64,000 nt of DNA from Mycobacteriales bacterium (GCA_035540755.1 DATLGD010000164.1:12-64011), one strand, 5' to 3'; positions 39,109 through 48,340 are shown, counted from the stretch's first letter. The notes: generated by a model not told the origin, from the letters alone. Made by a program: numbers and translations.

Positions 39109-40595
39109 GGACCGCGCGGCTCGACGCCCGGCAGCGCCTCGCCCGGCGCTTCGCCGCGACGATGTCGCTGGCGATGATCGGCTCGAACACCATCGGCGCC
39201 GCAGTCGTGTTCACCTACCTGACCTTCGTCGTGCCCGACCGGCCCACCGACAGCCCGACCGCGACCCTGGTGAACACGATCGTCGCGGCCGCCTACCTGC
39301 TCCTCGCGCTCGTCGTGGGCACCATCGGCAGCTTCCTGCTGCAGCGCCGCCTGCTCCGCTGGCTGCGGCCGGGGCACGTCATCGGCCCGGAGGACCGCCG
39401 GACGACGCTGCGCCTGCCGGCCCGCCTCGTGCGCTTCTACGGCGCGCTGTGGGCGGTCGCCGTCGTCGTCTTCGCGGTGCTGAACCTGCCCCGGTCGCTC
39501 GCCGGAGGGCTCGACGTCGTCGCGACCATCGCCGCGGGCGGCGCGACGACCTGCGCGCTGTGCTACCTGCTGGCCGAGCGCATCGTCCGGCCGCTGGTCG
39601 CGGAGGTGATGGGCGACGGCTCCGACCCGCCGCCGGTCGTGCTCGGTGTGCGCCGCCGCGTGCTGCTCTCCTGGGCCCTCGGCACCGGGATCCCGCTGCT
39701 CGGCATCGCCCTGGCGGTGGTGCCCGACGGCCGTGAGGAGCCGGTCGGTGCCCTGCCGGTGCTGTTCCTGTGCGGGGTGGGCCTGGCCGTCGGACTGCTC
39801 GCGATGGACGTCGCCGCCCGCTCGGTCAGCGAGCCGGTGCAGACGATGACCGGCGCCCTCCGTGCGGTCGGCGAGGGCCGCCTCGACAGCGCCGTCCCGG
39901 TGGACGACGTGAGCGAGCTCGGGCAGCTGCAGGCCGGCTTCAACGCGATGGTGGCGGGGCTGCGCGAGCGCGAGCAGCTGCGCGACCTGTTCGGGCGCCA
40001 GGTCGGCACCGCGGCTGCCCGGCTCTCGCTCGAGCAGGGCGTGCAGCTCGGCGGCGAGCGCCGGGACGTCGCCGTGCTGTTCGTCGACGTCGTCGGGTCG
40101 ACGTCGCTGGCGGTCGAGGCGGAGCCGGAGGAGGTGGTGCGGCGGCTGAACGAGTTCTTCGCCGTCGTGGTCGACGTCGTGACCGCCCACCACGGCTGGG
40201 TGAACAAGTTCGAGGGCGACGCCGCGCTCTGCGTCTTCGGCGCGCCCGAGCGGCGGACCGACGCCGCCGCCTGCGCACTCGCGTGCGCCCGGGTCATGGC
40301 CGGGCGGCTGTCACCGCTGCCGCTGGACGCGGCGATCGGCGTCAGTGCCGGGCCGGTGGTCGCCGGGCACATCGGCACCGAGGAGCGCTTCGAGTACACC
40401 GTCATCGGCGACCCGGTGAACGCCGCCGCCCGGCTCACCGACCTGGCCAAGAAGGAGCCGCGGCGGGTGCTCGCCGACGCCGCCGTCGTGGCCGCCGCCG
40501 GACCGGAGTCCGCCGAGTGGGAGGAGTGCGGGCAGGCCGTGCTGCGCGGCCGGGCGAGGCCGACCGGGCTCTCCCGGCCGAGGGCCGGCCGCTAG
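39105..40595 (+). CDS. Membrane-anchored HAMP-domain class III adenylate/guanylate cyclase
   Basis: 496 aa from GTG 39105, which overlaps the DUF3866 stop as GTGA. N-terminal TM segments and a HAMP-like linker (SELGQLQAGFNAMVAGL) precede the cyclase core (VAVLFVDVVGSTSLA, NKFEGDAALCVFGAP, YTVIGDPVNAAARL). Confidence 0.85.
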   Translation: MRTARLDARQRLARRFAATMSLAMIGSNTIGAAVVFTYLTFVVPDRPTDSPTATLVNTIVAAAYLLLALVVGTIGSFLLQRRLLRWLRPGHVIGPEDRRTTLRLPARLVRFYGALWAVAVVVFAVLNLPRSLAGGLDVVATIAAGGATTCALCYLLAERIVRPLVAEVMGDGSDPPPVVLGVRRRVLLSWALGTGIPLLGIALAVVPDGREEPVGALPVLFLCGVGLAVGLLAMDVAARSVSEPVQTMTGALRAVGEGRLDSAVPVDDVSELGQLQAGFNAMVAGLREREQLRDLFGRQVGTAAARLSLEQGVQLGGERRDVAVLFVDVVGSTSLAVEAEPEEVVRRLNEFFAVVVDVVTAHHGWVNKFEGDAALCVFGAPERRTDAAACALACARVMAGRLSPLPLDAAIGVSAGPVVAGHIGTEERFEYTVIGDPVNAAARLTDLAKKEPRRVLADAAVVAAAGPESAEWEECGQAVLRGRARPTGLSRPRAGR

Positions 40596-40972
40596 GAGAC
40601 GCCCAGCAGGTCGACGACGAACACCAGCGTCTCGTTCGGGGCGATCACACCGCCGGCGCCGCGGGCGCCGTAGCCCAGGTGCGGCGGGATCGTCAGGCGG
40701 CGGCGCCCGCCGACCTTCATCCCGGCCACGCCCTGGTCCCAGCCGCCGATGACCCGGCCGGCCCCGAGCGGGAACGAGAACGGCTCCCCGCGGTCCCAGG
40801 ACGCGTCGAACTGCCGCCCGGTCGACCAGGAGTGCCCGACGTAGTGCATGGTGCAGGTGGTGCCCGGCACGGCCTCCCTCCCGTCGCCGACGGCGAGGTC
40901 CTCCATCTGCAGCTCCTGCGGCGGCGGGCCGGAAGGGATCTCGACGGTCGGCTTGCTGATCGGGGCGCTCAT
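40592..40972 (-). CDS. FKBP-type peptidyl-prolyl cis-trans isomerase (cytosolic type)
   Basis: 126 aa: HYVGHSWSTGRQFDASWDRGEPFSFPLGAGRVIGGWDQGVAGMKVGGRRRLTIPPHLGYG. It shares a CTAG stop overlap with the convergent cyclase gene. Confidence 0.88.
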   Translation of the reverse strand: MSAPISKPTVEIPSGPPPQELQMEDLAVGDGREAVPGTTCTMHYVGHSWSTGRQFDASWDRGEPFSFPLGAGRVIGGWDQGVAGMKVGGRRRLTIPPHLGYGARGAGGVIAPNETLVFVVDLLGVS

Positions 40973-40985
40973 GGCGCCCACGCTG

Positions 40986-42344
40986 TCACATGGACGCGAT
41001 GAGCTTGTCGACGCGGTCGTCGACGGAGCGGAACGGGTCCTTGCAGAGCACGGTGCGCTGCGCCTGGTCGTTGAGCTTGAGGTGCACCCAGTCGACGGTG
41101 AAGTCGCGCCGCTTGTCCTGGGCGTGCCGGATGAACTCACCGCGCAGCCGCGCCCGGGTGGTCTGCGGCGGCACCGACTTGGCCTCGAAGACCGCCAGGT
41201 CGGTGGTTGCCCGCGCGACCGCGCCCTTCTTCTCCAGCAGGTAGTACAGGCCCCGGTCCCGGTGCACGTCGTGGTAGGCGAGGTCGAGCTGGGCCACCCG
41301 CGGCGACGAGAGCGGCAGGTCGTGCTTGGCCCGGTAGCGCTCGATCAGCTGGTACTTGGTCACCCAGTCGATCTCGCGGTCGACCAGCGACAGGTCTCCG
41401 GTGTCGACCGCCTGCAGCGTGCGGCCCCACAGGTCGAGGACGCGGTCGACGGTGGCGTCGGACCCGCGCCGGGCGATGAAGTCGACCGCCTTGCCGTAGT
41501 ACTCCCGCTGGATCTCGAGGGCGCTGGCCTCCCGCCCGTTGACCAGCTTGACCTTGCGCCGGCCGGTGATGTCGTGGCTGATCTCGCGGATCGCCCGGAT
41601 CGGGTTCTCCAGGGTGAGGTCGCGCATGACGACCCCGGCCTCGATCATCCGCAGCACCAGGTCGGCGGTGCCCACCTTGAGCAGCGTCGTGACCTCGTTC
41701 ATGTTGCTGTCGCCGACGATGACGTGCAGCCGGCGGAACCGCTCGGCGTCGGCGTGCGGCTCGTCCCTGGTGTTGATGATCGGGCGCGAGCGGGTAGTCG
41801 CCGACGACACGCCCTCCCAGATGTGCTCGGCCCGCTGGCTCACGCAGTAGACGGCGCCGCGCGGCGTCTGCAGCACCTTGCCCGCGCCGGCGATGATCTG
41901 GCGCGACACCAGGAACGGGATGAGGACGTCCGCGAGCCGGCTGAACTCCCCGTGCCGCCCCACGAGGTAGTTCTCGTGGCAGCCGTAGGAGTTGCCGGCC
42001 GAGTCGGTGTTGTTCTTGAACAGGTAGATGTCGCCGGCGATGCCCTCCTCGCGCAGCCGCCGCTCGGCGTCCACGAGCAGGCCCTCGAGGATGCGCTCGC
42101 CGGCCTTGTCGTGCGTGACCAGGTCGACGGCGTCGTCGCACTCGGGCGTCGCGTACTCGGGATGGGAGCCGACGTCGAGGTACAGGCGGGCGCCGTTGCG
42201 CAGGAAGACGTTCGAGCTCCGGCCCCAGCTGACCACCCGGCGGAACAGGTAGCGCGCCACCTCGTCCGGCGAGAGCCGCCGCTGCCCGCGGAAGGTGCAG
42301 GTGACGCCGTACTCGTTCTCGATCCCGAAGATCCGACGCTCGAT
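40986..42344 (-). CDS. pafA: Pup--protein ligase PafA (non-canonical ATC start inferred)
   Basis: Colinear with the remembered Mtb PafA throughout: [16 protein letters not shown]...[48 protein letters not shown] ... [21 protein letters not shown]. The track ORF starts only at GTG 42260, but the conserved N-terminus continues in frame up to a TGA at 42351-42353. An ATC at 42344-42342 aligns with Met1 and gives 452 aa. Confidence 0.88.
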   Translation of the reverse strand: MERRIFGIENEYGVTCTFRGQRRLSPDEVARYLFRRVVSWGRSSNVFLRNGARLYLDVGSHPEYATPECDDAVDLVTHDKAGERILEGLLVDAERRLREEGIAGDIYLFKNNTDSAGNSYGCHENYLVGRHGEFSRLADVLIPFLVSRQIIAGAGKVLQTPRGAVYCVSQRAEHIWEGVSSATTRSRPIINTRDEPHADAERFRRLHVIVGDSNMNEVTTLLKVGTADLVLRMIEAGVVMRDLTLENPIRAIREISHDITGRRKVKLVNGREASALEIQREYYGKAVDFIARRGSDATVDRVLDLWGRTLQAVDTGDLSLVDREIDWVTKYQLIERYRAKHDLPLSSPRVAQLDLAYHDVHRDRGLYYLLEKKGAVARATTDLAVFEAKSVPPQTTRARLRGEFIRHAQDKRRDFTVDWVHLKLNDQAQRTVLCKDPFRSVDDRVDKLIASM

Positions 42345-42432
42345 CTTGGCTCAGCTCCTGAATCACGTCGCGAACAGCTGCTCGTCCTCATCCTGACACG
42401 CTGTGGCGCCTTCAGGGCGGCTCCGTACTCCG

Positions 42433-43032
42433 TCAGCGGATCGGGGTGAGCAGGCGGAAGTAGATCGCCGAGCGCACCGTGCCGCCGAGGTTGAGCGTTC
42501 CGGTGTGACCGAGCTGCGGGTGCATGACCAGCGCGTCACCGGCCTCCAGCGGCACCGGCACAGGCTCGGTGTGCTCACCGCGGTGCGAGCGCGGCCACAC
42601 CCAGGCCACCCCGTCGTCAGGTCCCGCGGTGGTCAGCGCGACCCCGACGACGCCGCGGTAGCGCTTGTCCTGCGCCCACGGCGGAAGGGCGTCGACGTGC
42701 GGCTCGAGCGGCCAGTCCTGCGCCTCGTCGGGGAAGCGCAGCAGGATCTGCGGCTCGGCCCAGTCGTCGCCCTCCTGCCAGCCGAGCAGCTCGGCGGCCG
42801 GATCCGGCAGCACGCCCCACACCTCGGGTTCCCAGCGCAGGTGGGGGAAGAAGGTTCCTGGCTGCCACGCGCGGATCTGCTCGGCTGTCAGGCCCTGCCT
42901 GCGGATCTCGAGGTTCAGCAGCCGCAGCGCGGCGGCCACCCGGGAGGCAGAGACCACCTCGCGCAGGACGGTGTAGCCCTCCTGCTCCAGGTCGGTGCGG
43001 GCGGCCTGCAGAGCGGGGGCCGAGGTCGTCAC
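42433..43032 (-). CDS. Small Fe(II)/2-oxoglutarate dioxygenase-like protein (PhyH-type HxD...H)
   Basis: 199 aa from GTG 43032 with EGYTVLREVV, WPLEPHVDALPPW (HxD) and LVMHPQLGHTG. This is short for a PhyH protein. It is the last gene of the glycosyltransferase operon. Confidence 0.55.
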   Translation of the reverse strand: MTTSAPALQAARTDLEQEGYTVLREVVSASRVAAALRLLNLEIRRQGLTAEQIRAWQPGTFFPHLRWEPEVWGVLPDPAAELLGWQEGDDWAEPQILLRFPDEAQDWPLEPHVDALPPWAQDKRYRGVVGVALTTAGPDDGVAWVWPRSHRGEHTEPVPVPLEAGDALVMHPQLGHTGTLNLGGTVRSAIYFRLLTPIR

Positions 43033-43070
43033 GGGAGCGCTCCTTCGCGGCGGGGCTGTCCGCGTCGAAC

Positions 43071-44162
43071 CTAGCGACCGGCCGCGCGCACCTCGGCGAC
43101 GTGCGCCTCGAGCTCGTCGGCGCGGTGCTCGGCCGTGTGCTCGGCCAGCACCCTCCTGCGAGCCGCCTCCCCGATCCGTGCGCGCCGGTCGTCGTCGACC
43201 GCCCGCAGGTGCTCGACGACGTCTGCCGCCGACCGCGCGACGAGGATCTCCTCCCCCGGGGTGAAGAAGGCGTCCAGGCCCGCCCACACGTCCGAGACGA
43301 CGGGCACACCGCACGCCGCGGCCTCGAACAGGCGCACGCTGGGCGACCAGCCGGCGCGGACCATGTCGGCGCGGGTGACGTTCAGGGTCAGCCGCTGGGC
43401 GCTGTAGAAGCCGACGTGCTCGGCCGGCGGCAGGTGCTCGATGCGCTGCACGTTGGCCGGCCACGGGACGTCCGCCGGGTACTGCGGCCCGGCGACCACG
43501 AAACGCTCCTCCGGCAGGGCGCGGGCCGGGGCCGCGAGCAGCTCGTCCAGCACCGGCTGGCGGTCGGCGCTCCACGTGCCGAGGTAGCCCAGGGTCCAGT
43601 GCCGCTCGACCTCGACGGGGGCGTACGCGCTCTCGTCGACCAGGCAGTGGAAGGCCCGCGCCCGGGGCGAGCCGAGCGCCTGCTCGAGATGGTCGAGGGT
43701 CGGCCCGCCGGTGAACGACAGGTAGAGGTCGTAGCCCGGCACGAGCTCCGGGACGAGGTACTCGCACTCCCCCCGCCCGAGCGCCGCCAGCGTGACGGGA
43801 GTGTCGATGTCGTAGAAGGCGGTGACGCCGGTGGCGGTCTCCTGCACCCACCGCCCGACGTCCACCCCCTGCGGGACGTACGAGCCGACGACCACGAGGT
43901 CGGCGTCGCGCACGGCCGCGGCGTGCTCGTCGCGCAGCTGCTCCATCGAGGCGTACAGGGCGGTGCGGCCCCAGGGCGGCTCCGGCAGATCGCGGTGCTC
44001 GGCGTACCAGGGGACGTCGCGCTCGAGGAACAGCACGTCGTGCCCGCGCCCGTCCAGCGCCCGGACCAGGGCCCGGAAGTTCGTGGCGTGCCCGTTGCCC
44101 CACGAGGAGGTGATGGACAGCCCGAGGACGACGATGCACAGCCCCTCGGCGGACGGCCTCAT
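43071..44162 (-). CDS. CgeB-like / DUF3880-type glycosyltransferase, paralog 1
   Basis: 363 aa. N-terminal SSWGNGHATNFRALVRALDGRGHDV and C-terminal GT1-like region NVTRADMVRAGWSPSVRLFEAAACGVPVVSDVWAGLDAFFTPGEEILVA. A 4-nt overlap joins it to paralog 2. Confidence 0.72.
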   Translation of the reverse strand: MRPSAEGLCIVVLGLSITSSWGNGHATNFRALVRALDGRGHDVLFLERDVPWYAEHRDLPEPPWGRTALYASMEQLRDEHAAAVRDADLVVVGSYVPQGVDVGRWVQETATGVTAFYDIDTPVTLAALGRGECEYLVPELVPGYDLYLSFTGGPTLDHLEQALGSPRARAFHCLVDESAYAPVEVERHWTLGYLGTWSADRQPVLDELLAAPARALPEERFVVAGPQYPADVPWPANVQRIEHLPPAEHVGFYSAQRLTLNVTRADMVRAGWSPSVRLFEAAACGVPVVSDVWAGLDAFFTPGEEILVARSAADVVEHLRAVDDDRRARIGEAARRRVLAEHTAEHRADELEAHVAEVRAAGR

Positions 44163-45229
44163 CGCACCCGCTCGCGCAGGATCTCGTCGACCTGCACCGC
44201 CCGGTGCCCGTAGGTGTGCTCGGAGAGCACCCGCTCCAGCGCCGCCTTGCCGAGCAGCCGCGCCCGCTCGGGATCGAGGTCGCGCAGGTGATCGGCGACC
44301 TGCCGGCCGTCGTAGGCCACGAGCACCTCGCGGTCCGGCACGAGGAAGTCCTCGATACCCTGCCAGCCGTCGGTGATCTGGCAGGCCGCGGCCCCGGCGA
44401 CCTCGAAGACGCGGGTGGCGGGTGACCACCCGTTGGCGACCATGCTGTCGCGGGTGACGTTCGAGACCGCGAGCGGCGTGGAGTTGAACGCGTTGTGGTC
44501 GGCGGTGCCGACGTGACCGAGCAGGCGCACGTTCGGCGGCACCGGCTTGTCGCCCCAGCCGTTGCCGGCCAGCAGGAACGTGCGGTCCGGCAGCAGCGAG
44601 GCCGGCCGCAGGAAGAACTCCTCGACGCGCGCCTCGCGGTCCGGCAGCCGGTTCGCGAGCAGGGCCAGGTCGACGTCGAAGCGCGGGTCGGGGTCGGCCG
44701 GGTGGTGCGTCGTCGGGTCGAGCGCGTTGTAGACGACGATGCACTCGCGGGCGCCGAGAGCGGTGTAGCGCTGCACCACCGGGTCGCCGCCGCCGTAGGT
44801 CAGCACCAGGTCGTACGACGGCAGCAGGGCCCGGAAGGAGTCCGCCGGGTCGTCCTCCATCCGCGACAGCGTCGCGGGCGCGTCGACGTCCCAGAAGGCG
44901 GTGCAGGTGCCGAGCGAGAGCACGGCGTCCTCGAGCACGTCGTCGAAGACCCCGACGCCGCTGGTCTTCACGACCAGGTCGGCGCCGCGCGCCCGCTCCA
45001 CCGTCGCCCGCACCGCGGCCTCGTCCGGCGCCTCGTAGATGACGACCGTCGCCCAGTCCGGGTCGGGGATGTCGCGGTGCTCCTGCCGCTCGTAGGCGAC
45101 CGGCTCGTAGAACGTGACGCGGTGGCCGAGCTCGTGCAGGCCGCGGATGATGCCGCGGTAGTAGGTGCACGAGCCGTTCCACCACGAGGAGACCAGGCTC
45201 GATCCGAAGAAGGCGATGTCCAGGCTCAT
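44159..45229 (-). CDS. CgeB-like / DUF3880-type glycosyltransferase, paralog 2
   Basis: 356 aa with SSWWNGSCTYYRGIIRGLHELGHRV and NVTRDSMVANGWSPATRVFEVAGAAACQITDGWQGIEDFLVPDREVLVA. It has 4-nt overlaps on both sides. Confidence 0.72.
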   Translation of the reverse strand: MSLDIAFFGSSLVSSWWNGSCTYYRGIIRGLHELGHRVTFYEPVAYERQEHRDIPDPDWATVVIYEAPDEAAVRATVERARGADLVVKTSGVGVFDDVLEDAVLSLGTCTAFWDVDAPATLSRMEDDPADSFRALLPSYDLVLTYGGGDPVVQRYTALGARECIVVYNALDPTTHHPADPDPRFDVDLALLANRLPDREARVEEFFLRPASLLPDRTFLLAGNGWGDKPVPPNVRLLGHVGTADHNAFNSTPLAVSNVTRDSMVANGWSPATRVFEVAGAAACQITDGWQGIEDFLVPDREVLVAYDGRQVADHLRDLDPERARLLGKAALERVLSEHTYGHRAVQVDEILRERVR

Positions 45230-46344
45230 GCGGTGCTCCCTGCGGTCGGGACGGTGTGCAGGCCGAGCTCGGCCACGACCGCCAGCAGCTCGTCGACGCG
45301 GTGCGCGCAGGTGTGCCGCGCGCCGATGGTGCGCAGGCCGCTCTCCCGCAGCGACTGCGCCAGGTCCGGGTCGTGCAGGACGTCGCGCAGGTGCGCCTCC
45401 ATCTGCGCGCCGTCCGTCGCGACGAGGTAGTCGCTGCCGGGCGTGAACAGGCCCTCCGCGTCGTCCCACGGGGCGGTGACCAGCGGGATGCCGCAGGCCA
45501 GCGCCTCGAACGGCCGGATGGTCGGGATGCCCGGCAGCGCCTCGACGTACGGCCGCCGCGGCACGTGCACGGTGACGCCGTGCGCGGCGAAGGCCCGCGG
45601 GGCGAGGTGGTTGGCGATCCACCCGCCGTAGCGGATGCCCGCCTCCCTCAGCGCCTGCTTCGCGCCAACCGGGTAGCGCACCCCGTGCACCGTCGCCCGC
45701 AGCCCGAGCCGGTGCACCGGGGCGAGCAGGAACTCGTGCAGCTCGGCCGTGCGCTCGCCGTCGCCCCAGTTGCCGATCCAGACCAGGTCTCCCTCGCGCT
45801 GCACTCCGTCGACGGGGGTGAAGACGCGGGCGTCGGCGGCCTCGTGCCACGTCCAGGCGCGCCCGGTCCAGCCGCGGTCGAGGTAGATCCGCCGGATCAC
45901 CTCGCCGAAGGCGAGCACGCCGTCGTACTGCGAGAGGTCGTAGGCCGCCATGTCCTCAGGTGCGGTGGCAGCCCGGTGGTGGGTGTCGTGGAAGAGCAGC
46001 CGGTAGCCGCCCGCGGCCTTGTGCGCGCCGACCGCGGCGACCAGCGACGGCTCGTTCCACTCGTGCACCAGGACGAGGTCGGCGCCCTCGGTCATGGCGG
46101 GCACGTCGGGCTCGAGCGGGTCGTAGACCCGGCTGCGCAGCCGCGGGAACGCCCGGAGCACGTCGTCGACGGCGCCGCGGCCCTGGTCGACGACGAGGTT
46201 CGCGCGGCTCCAGGCGTCCAGCGGCTCGTGGACCCGGACGTCGTGGCCGCGGTCGAGCAGGTCGCGAACGACGCCACGCAGGAAGTGCGCGTTGCCGTGG
46301 TTCCAGTCGCTGACCAGCGAGTGGCAGAACACGACGATCCTCAT
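45226..46344 (-). CDS. CgeB-like / DUF3880-type glycosyltransferase, paralog 3 (more divergent)
   Basis: 372 aa with SDWNHGNAHFLRGVVRDLLDRGHDV and HVPRRPYVEALPGIPTIRPFEALACGIPLVTAPWDDAEGLFTPGSDYLVA. It has 4-nt overlaps on both sides. Confidence 0.72.
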   Translation of the reverse strand: MRIVVFCHSLVSDWNHGNAHFLRGVVRDLLDRGHDVRVHEPLDAWSRANLVVDQGRGAVDDVLRAFPRLRSRVYDPLEPDVPAMTEGADLVLVHEWNEPSLVAAVGAHKAAGGYRLLFHDTHHRAATAPEDMAAYDLSQYDGVLAFGEVIRRIYLDRGWTGRAWTWHEAADARVFTPVDGVQREGDLVWIGNWGDGERTAELHEFLLAPVHRLGLRATVHGVRYPVGAKQALREAGIRYGGWIANHLAPRAFAAHGVTVHVPRRPYVEALPGIPTIRPFEALACGIPLVTAPWDDAEGLFTPGSDYLVATDGAQMEAHLRDVLHDPDLAQSLRESGLRTIGARHTCAHRVDELLAVVAELGLHTVPTAGSTA

Positions 46345-47369
46345 CGCGCACCCACCGGCAGAGCGGCATAGGCGGCGAGGTAGCCGGCGGCGGTCCGCTC
46401 CGGGGTGTAGGTCAGCGCCCGGGCCCGGGCAGCGGCACCTCGCGACGGGTCCTGCAGCGCCTCCTCCAGCGCGTCCACGAGCGAGGCGTCGTCGTGCACG
46501 TAGGTGGCGGCCTCGCCCCACACCTCGCGCAGGCTCGGGAGGTCCCCCAGCACCAGCGCGCAGCCGGCGAGAGCGGCCTCGAGGATGCCGAGCCCGAACG
46601 GCTCGTAGCGCGCCGGGGCGGCGTAGACCGCTGCCCGGGCCAGGAGCGCAGCCAGCGCCGGGAAGGCTAAGGGGCCGAGCACGTCGACACCGGGCAGGTC
46701 GCCCGGTCCCTCCCCGGCCACCCGCACCGGTGCGGACAGCGACGGCGCGACGCGGCAGAGCGCGTCCACACCCTTGGCGTCGTCCCAGGTCCGGCCGGCG
46801 GCCAGCACGAGCGGCTCCTTGTCGGCCGGCGCGAGGAGCTCCCCCCGGCGGCAGTTCGGGACGACGGTCGCGCCCTCGAAGCCGTACGAGGCGCGCAGGT
46901 CGGCCGCGACGGCGGCCGTCGGCGCGACGACCCGCCCGGCGGCGCGCAGCCCCGCGGCCACCGCCGCCCGGTAGACGTCCCACTCGGCCGGCGCCTCAGT
47001 GCCCCGCACGGCGCGGAACCAGGAGACGACGTCGGAGTGCGCGACGACCAGCGGGCGCGTGCGCCAGGCCAGGGCGGCGTGCACGTAGCCGTTGAGGTGC
47101 ACGACGTCGGGCTGCAGCTCCTGCTCCAGCGAGAGCAGCCAGCCGCCGGCCTGCTCGACGCCCGGCCACGGGTCGTGCTGCCACTCGAGCGGGAAGGTCG
47201 AGACGTGCACCGAGGCGAAGGCGCCGGCCTCCTCCGCCTGCGCCGGCGACAGGCCGCGCCCCATGGTCGCCAGGTGCACCTCCACCCCGCAGGGGCGCAG
47301 TGCGTGCGCGAGCTCGACCGCGTAGGTCCAGACGCCGCCGACGGTGTCGGCCGTCATGAGCACCCTCAC
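46341..47369 (-). CDS. GT4-family (GT-B, retaining-type) glycosyltransferase
   Basis: About 342 aa: MTADTVGGVWTYAVELA and the E-x7-E region YEPFGLGILEAALAGCALVLGD. A GTG start at 47369 gives a GTGA overlap; the ATG at 47357 is the alternative start. Confidence 0.8.
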   Translation of the reverse strand: MRVLMTADTVGGVWTYAVELAHALRPCGVEVHLATMGRGLSPAQAEEAGAFASVHVSTFPLEWQHDPWPGVEQAGGWLLSLEQELQPDVVHLNGYVHAALAWRTRPLVVAHSDVVSWFRAVRGTEAPAEWDVYRAAVAAGLRAAGRVVAPTAAVAADLRASYGFEGATVVPNCRRGELLAPADKEPLVLAAGRTWDDAKGVDALCRVAPSLSAPVRVAGEGPGDLPGVDVLGPLAFPALAALLARAAVYAAPARYEPFGLGILEAALAGCALVLGDLPSLREVWGEAATYVHDDASLVDALEEALQDPSRGAAARARALTYTPERTAAGYLAAYAALPVGAR

Positions 47370-48340
47370 CGGCCGTACACCCGGTCGAGCACCGCAGCGG
47401 TGGTGACCAGCTCCTCGTTGGCCGGGTCGTACCGCTCGCCCGCGGCGAGCCGCCGGGTCCAGTCGACGGCGGCGCGGCCGCCCCAGGCGTCCGGCGGCTC
47501 GACCAGCACCGAGCGACTCGTCCCGGTGTGCCGGGTGGCGCGGAAGTCGTAGAAGGAGCCCCCGACGTTGGTGAGCGCGACGGCGCCGGAGGTGCCGTGG
47601 AAGGTCGCGGCGATGACCGCCTCCTGCCCGGCGTGCAGGTTCCACGAGCAGCCGAGCGTCAGGACCCGGCCACCGGTGAGGTCGATCCTCGCGGTGGCGA
47701 AGTCCTCGACGACGTCGGTGCGGCCGTCGAGCGGGCGGCCGCCGGCGAACAGCCGCGAGCAGACGCCCTCGACTCCGGCTCCGGGCAGCAGGTGCAGCGC
47801 GAGGTCGACCAGGTGGGTGCCGAGGTCGATGACGCAGCCGCCGCCGGACAGCTCCGGGTCCCGGAACCACGGCTTGTCCGGCCCGTAGGCGTTGTGGAAG
47901 ACGAGCTCCGCGGCGTAGACCTCGCCGAGCTCGCCGGACTCGAGCACCTTGCGCAGCGCCTCGGTGGCGGCCAGGTGGCGGTAGGACAGGTCGACCCCGA
48001 GCAGCCGGTCGGCGACGCGGGCGGCAGCCACCACCTCCGCGGTCTCGGCGGCGGTGCGGCCGAGCGGCTTCTGGCAGAAGACGGCGCTGCCGCCCCGCAG
48101 CGCCGCGAGCGTCTGCTCGGCGTGCAGCGCGCTCGGGGTGGCGATGACGACGCCGTCGAGGCCGGCTGCGAGCAGCTCCTCCGGACGGACGGCCTCGGCA
48201 CCCGCCTCGGCGGCGGCCTCCGCGGCGGCCTGGGGGGAGGCGTCCGCAACCAGCGTCGCCTCGGCCAGCCCGCTGGCGACGATCGCCCGCATCCGGTCCC
48301 GGCCGATCCACCCGACGCCGAGGAAGCCCAGCCGGGTCAT
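47366..48340 (-). CDS. Gfo/Idh/MocA-family NAD(P)-dependent oxidoreductase
   Basis: 324 aa with a Rossmann N-terminus (RLGFLGVGWIGRDR), the consensus EKP-like motif (FCQKPL) and a C-terminal alpha/beta domain. Confidence 0.85.
   Translation of the reverse strand: MTRLGFLGVGWIGRDRMRAIVASGLAEATLVADASPQAAAEAAAEAGAEAVRPEELLAAGLDGVVIATPSALHAEQTLAALRGGSAVFCQKPLGRTAAETAEVVAAARVADRLLGVDLSYRHLAATEALRKVLESGELGEVYAAELVFHNAYGPDKPWFRDPELSGGGCVIDLGTHLVDLALHLLPGAGVEGVCSRLFAGGRPLDGRTDVVEDFATARIDLTGGRVLTLGCSWNLHAGQEAVIAATFHGTSGAVALTNVGGSFYDFRATRHTGTSRSVLVEPPDAWGGRAAVDWTRRLAAGERYDPANEELVTTAAVLDRVYGR

Noticed and set aside
41137-42366. 409-aa ORF starting at GTG 42366 in the +1 frame relative to pafA, considered as evidence for a frameshifted pafA start
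   Set aside because: Its translation ([31 protein letters not shown]...) is Arg/Pro-rich with no PafA similarity. The conserved PafA N-terminus is read without interruption in the pafA frame from ATC 42344. A frameshift is therefore not needed to explain the data.
43101-44213. 370-aa and other plus-strand ORFs antisense to the glycosyltransferase operon (also 44495-45430, 45256-46371, 47528-48433)
   Set aside because: Each is antisense to a minus-strand gene with clear family motifs and 4-nt coupled junctions. The translations are low-complexity (Arg/Gly/Pro/Val/Asp) without domains.
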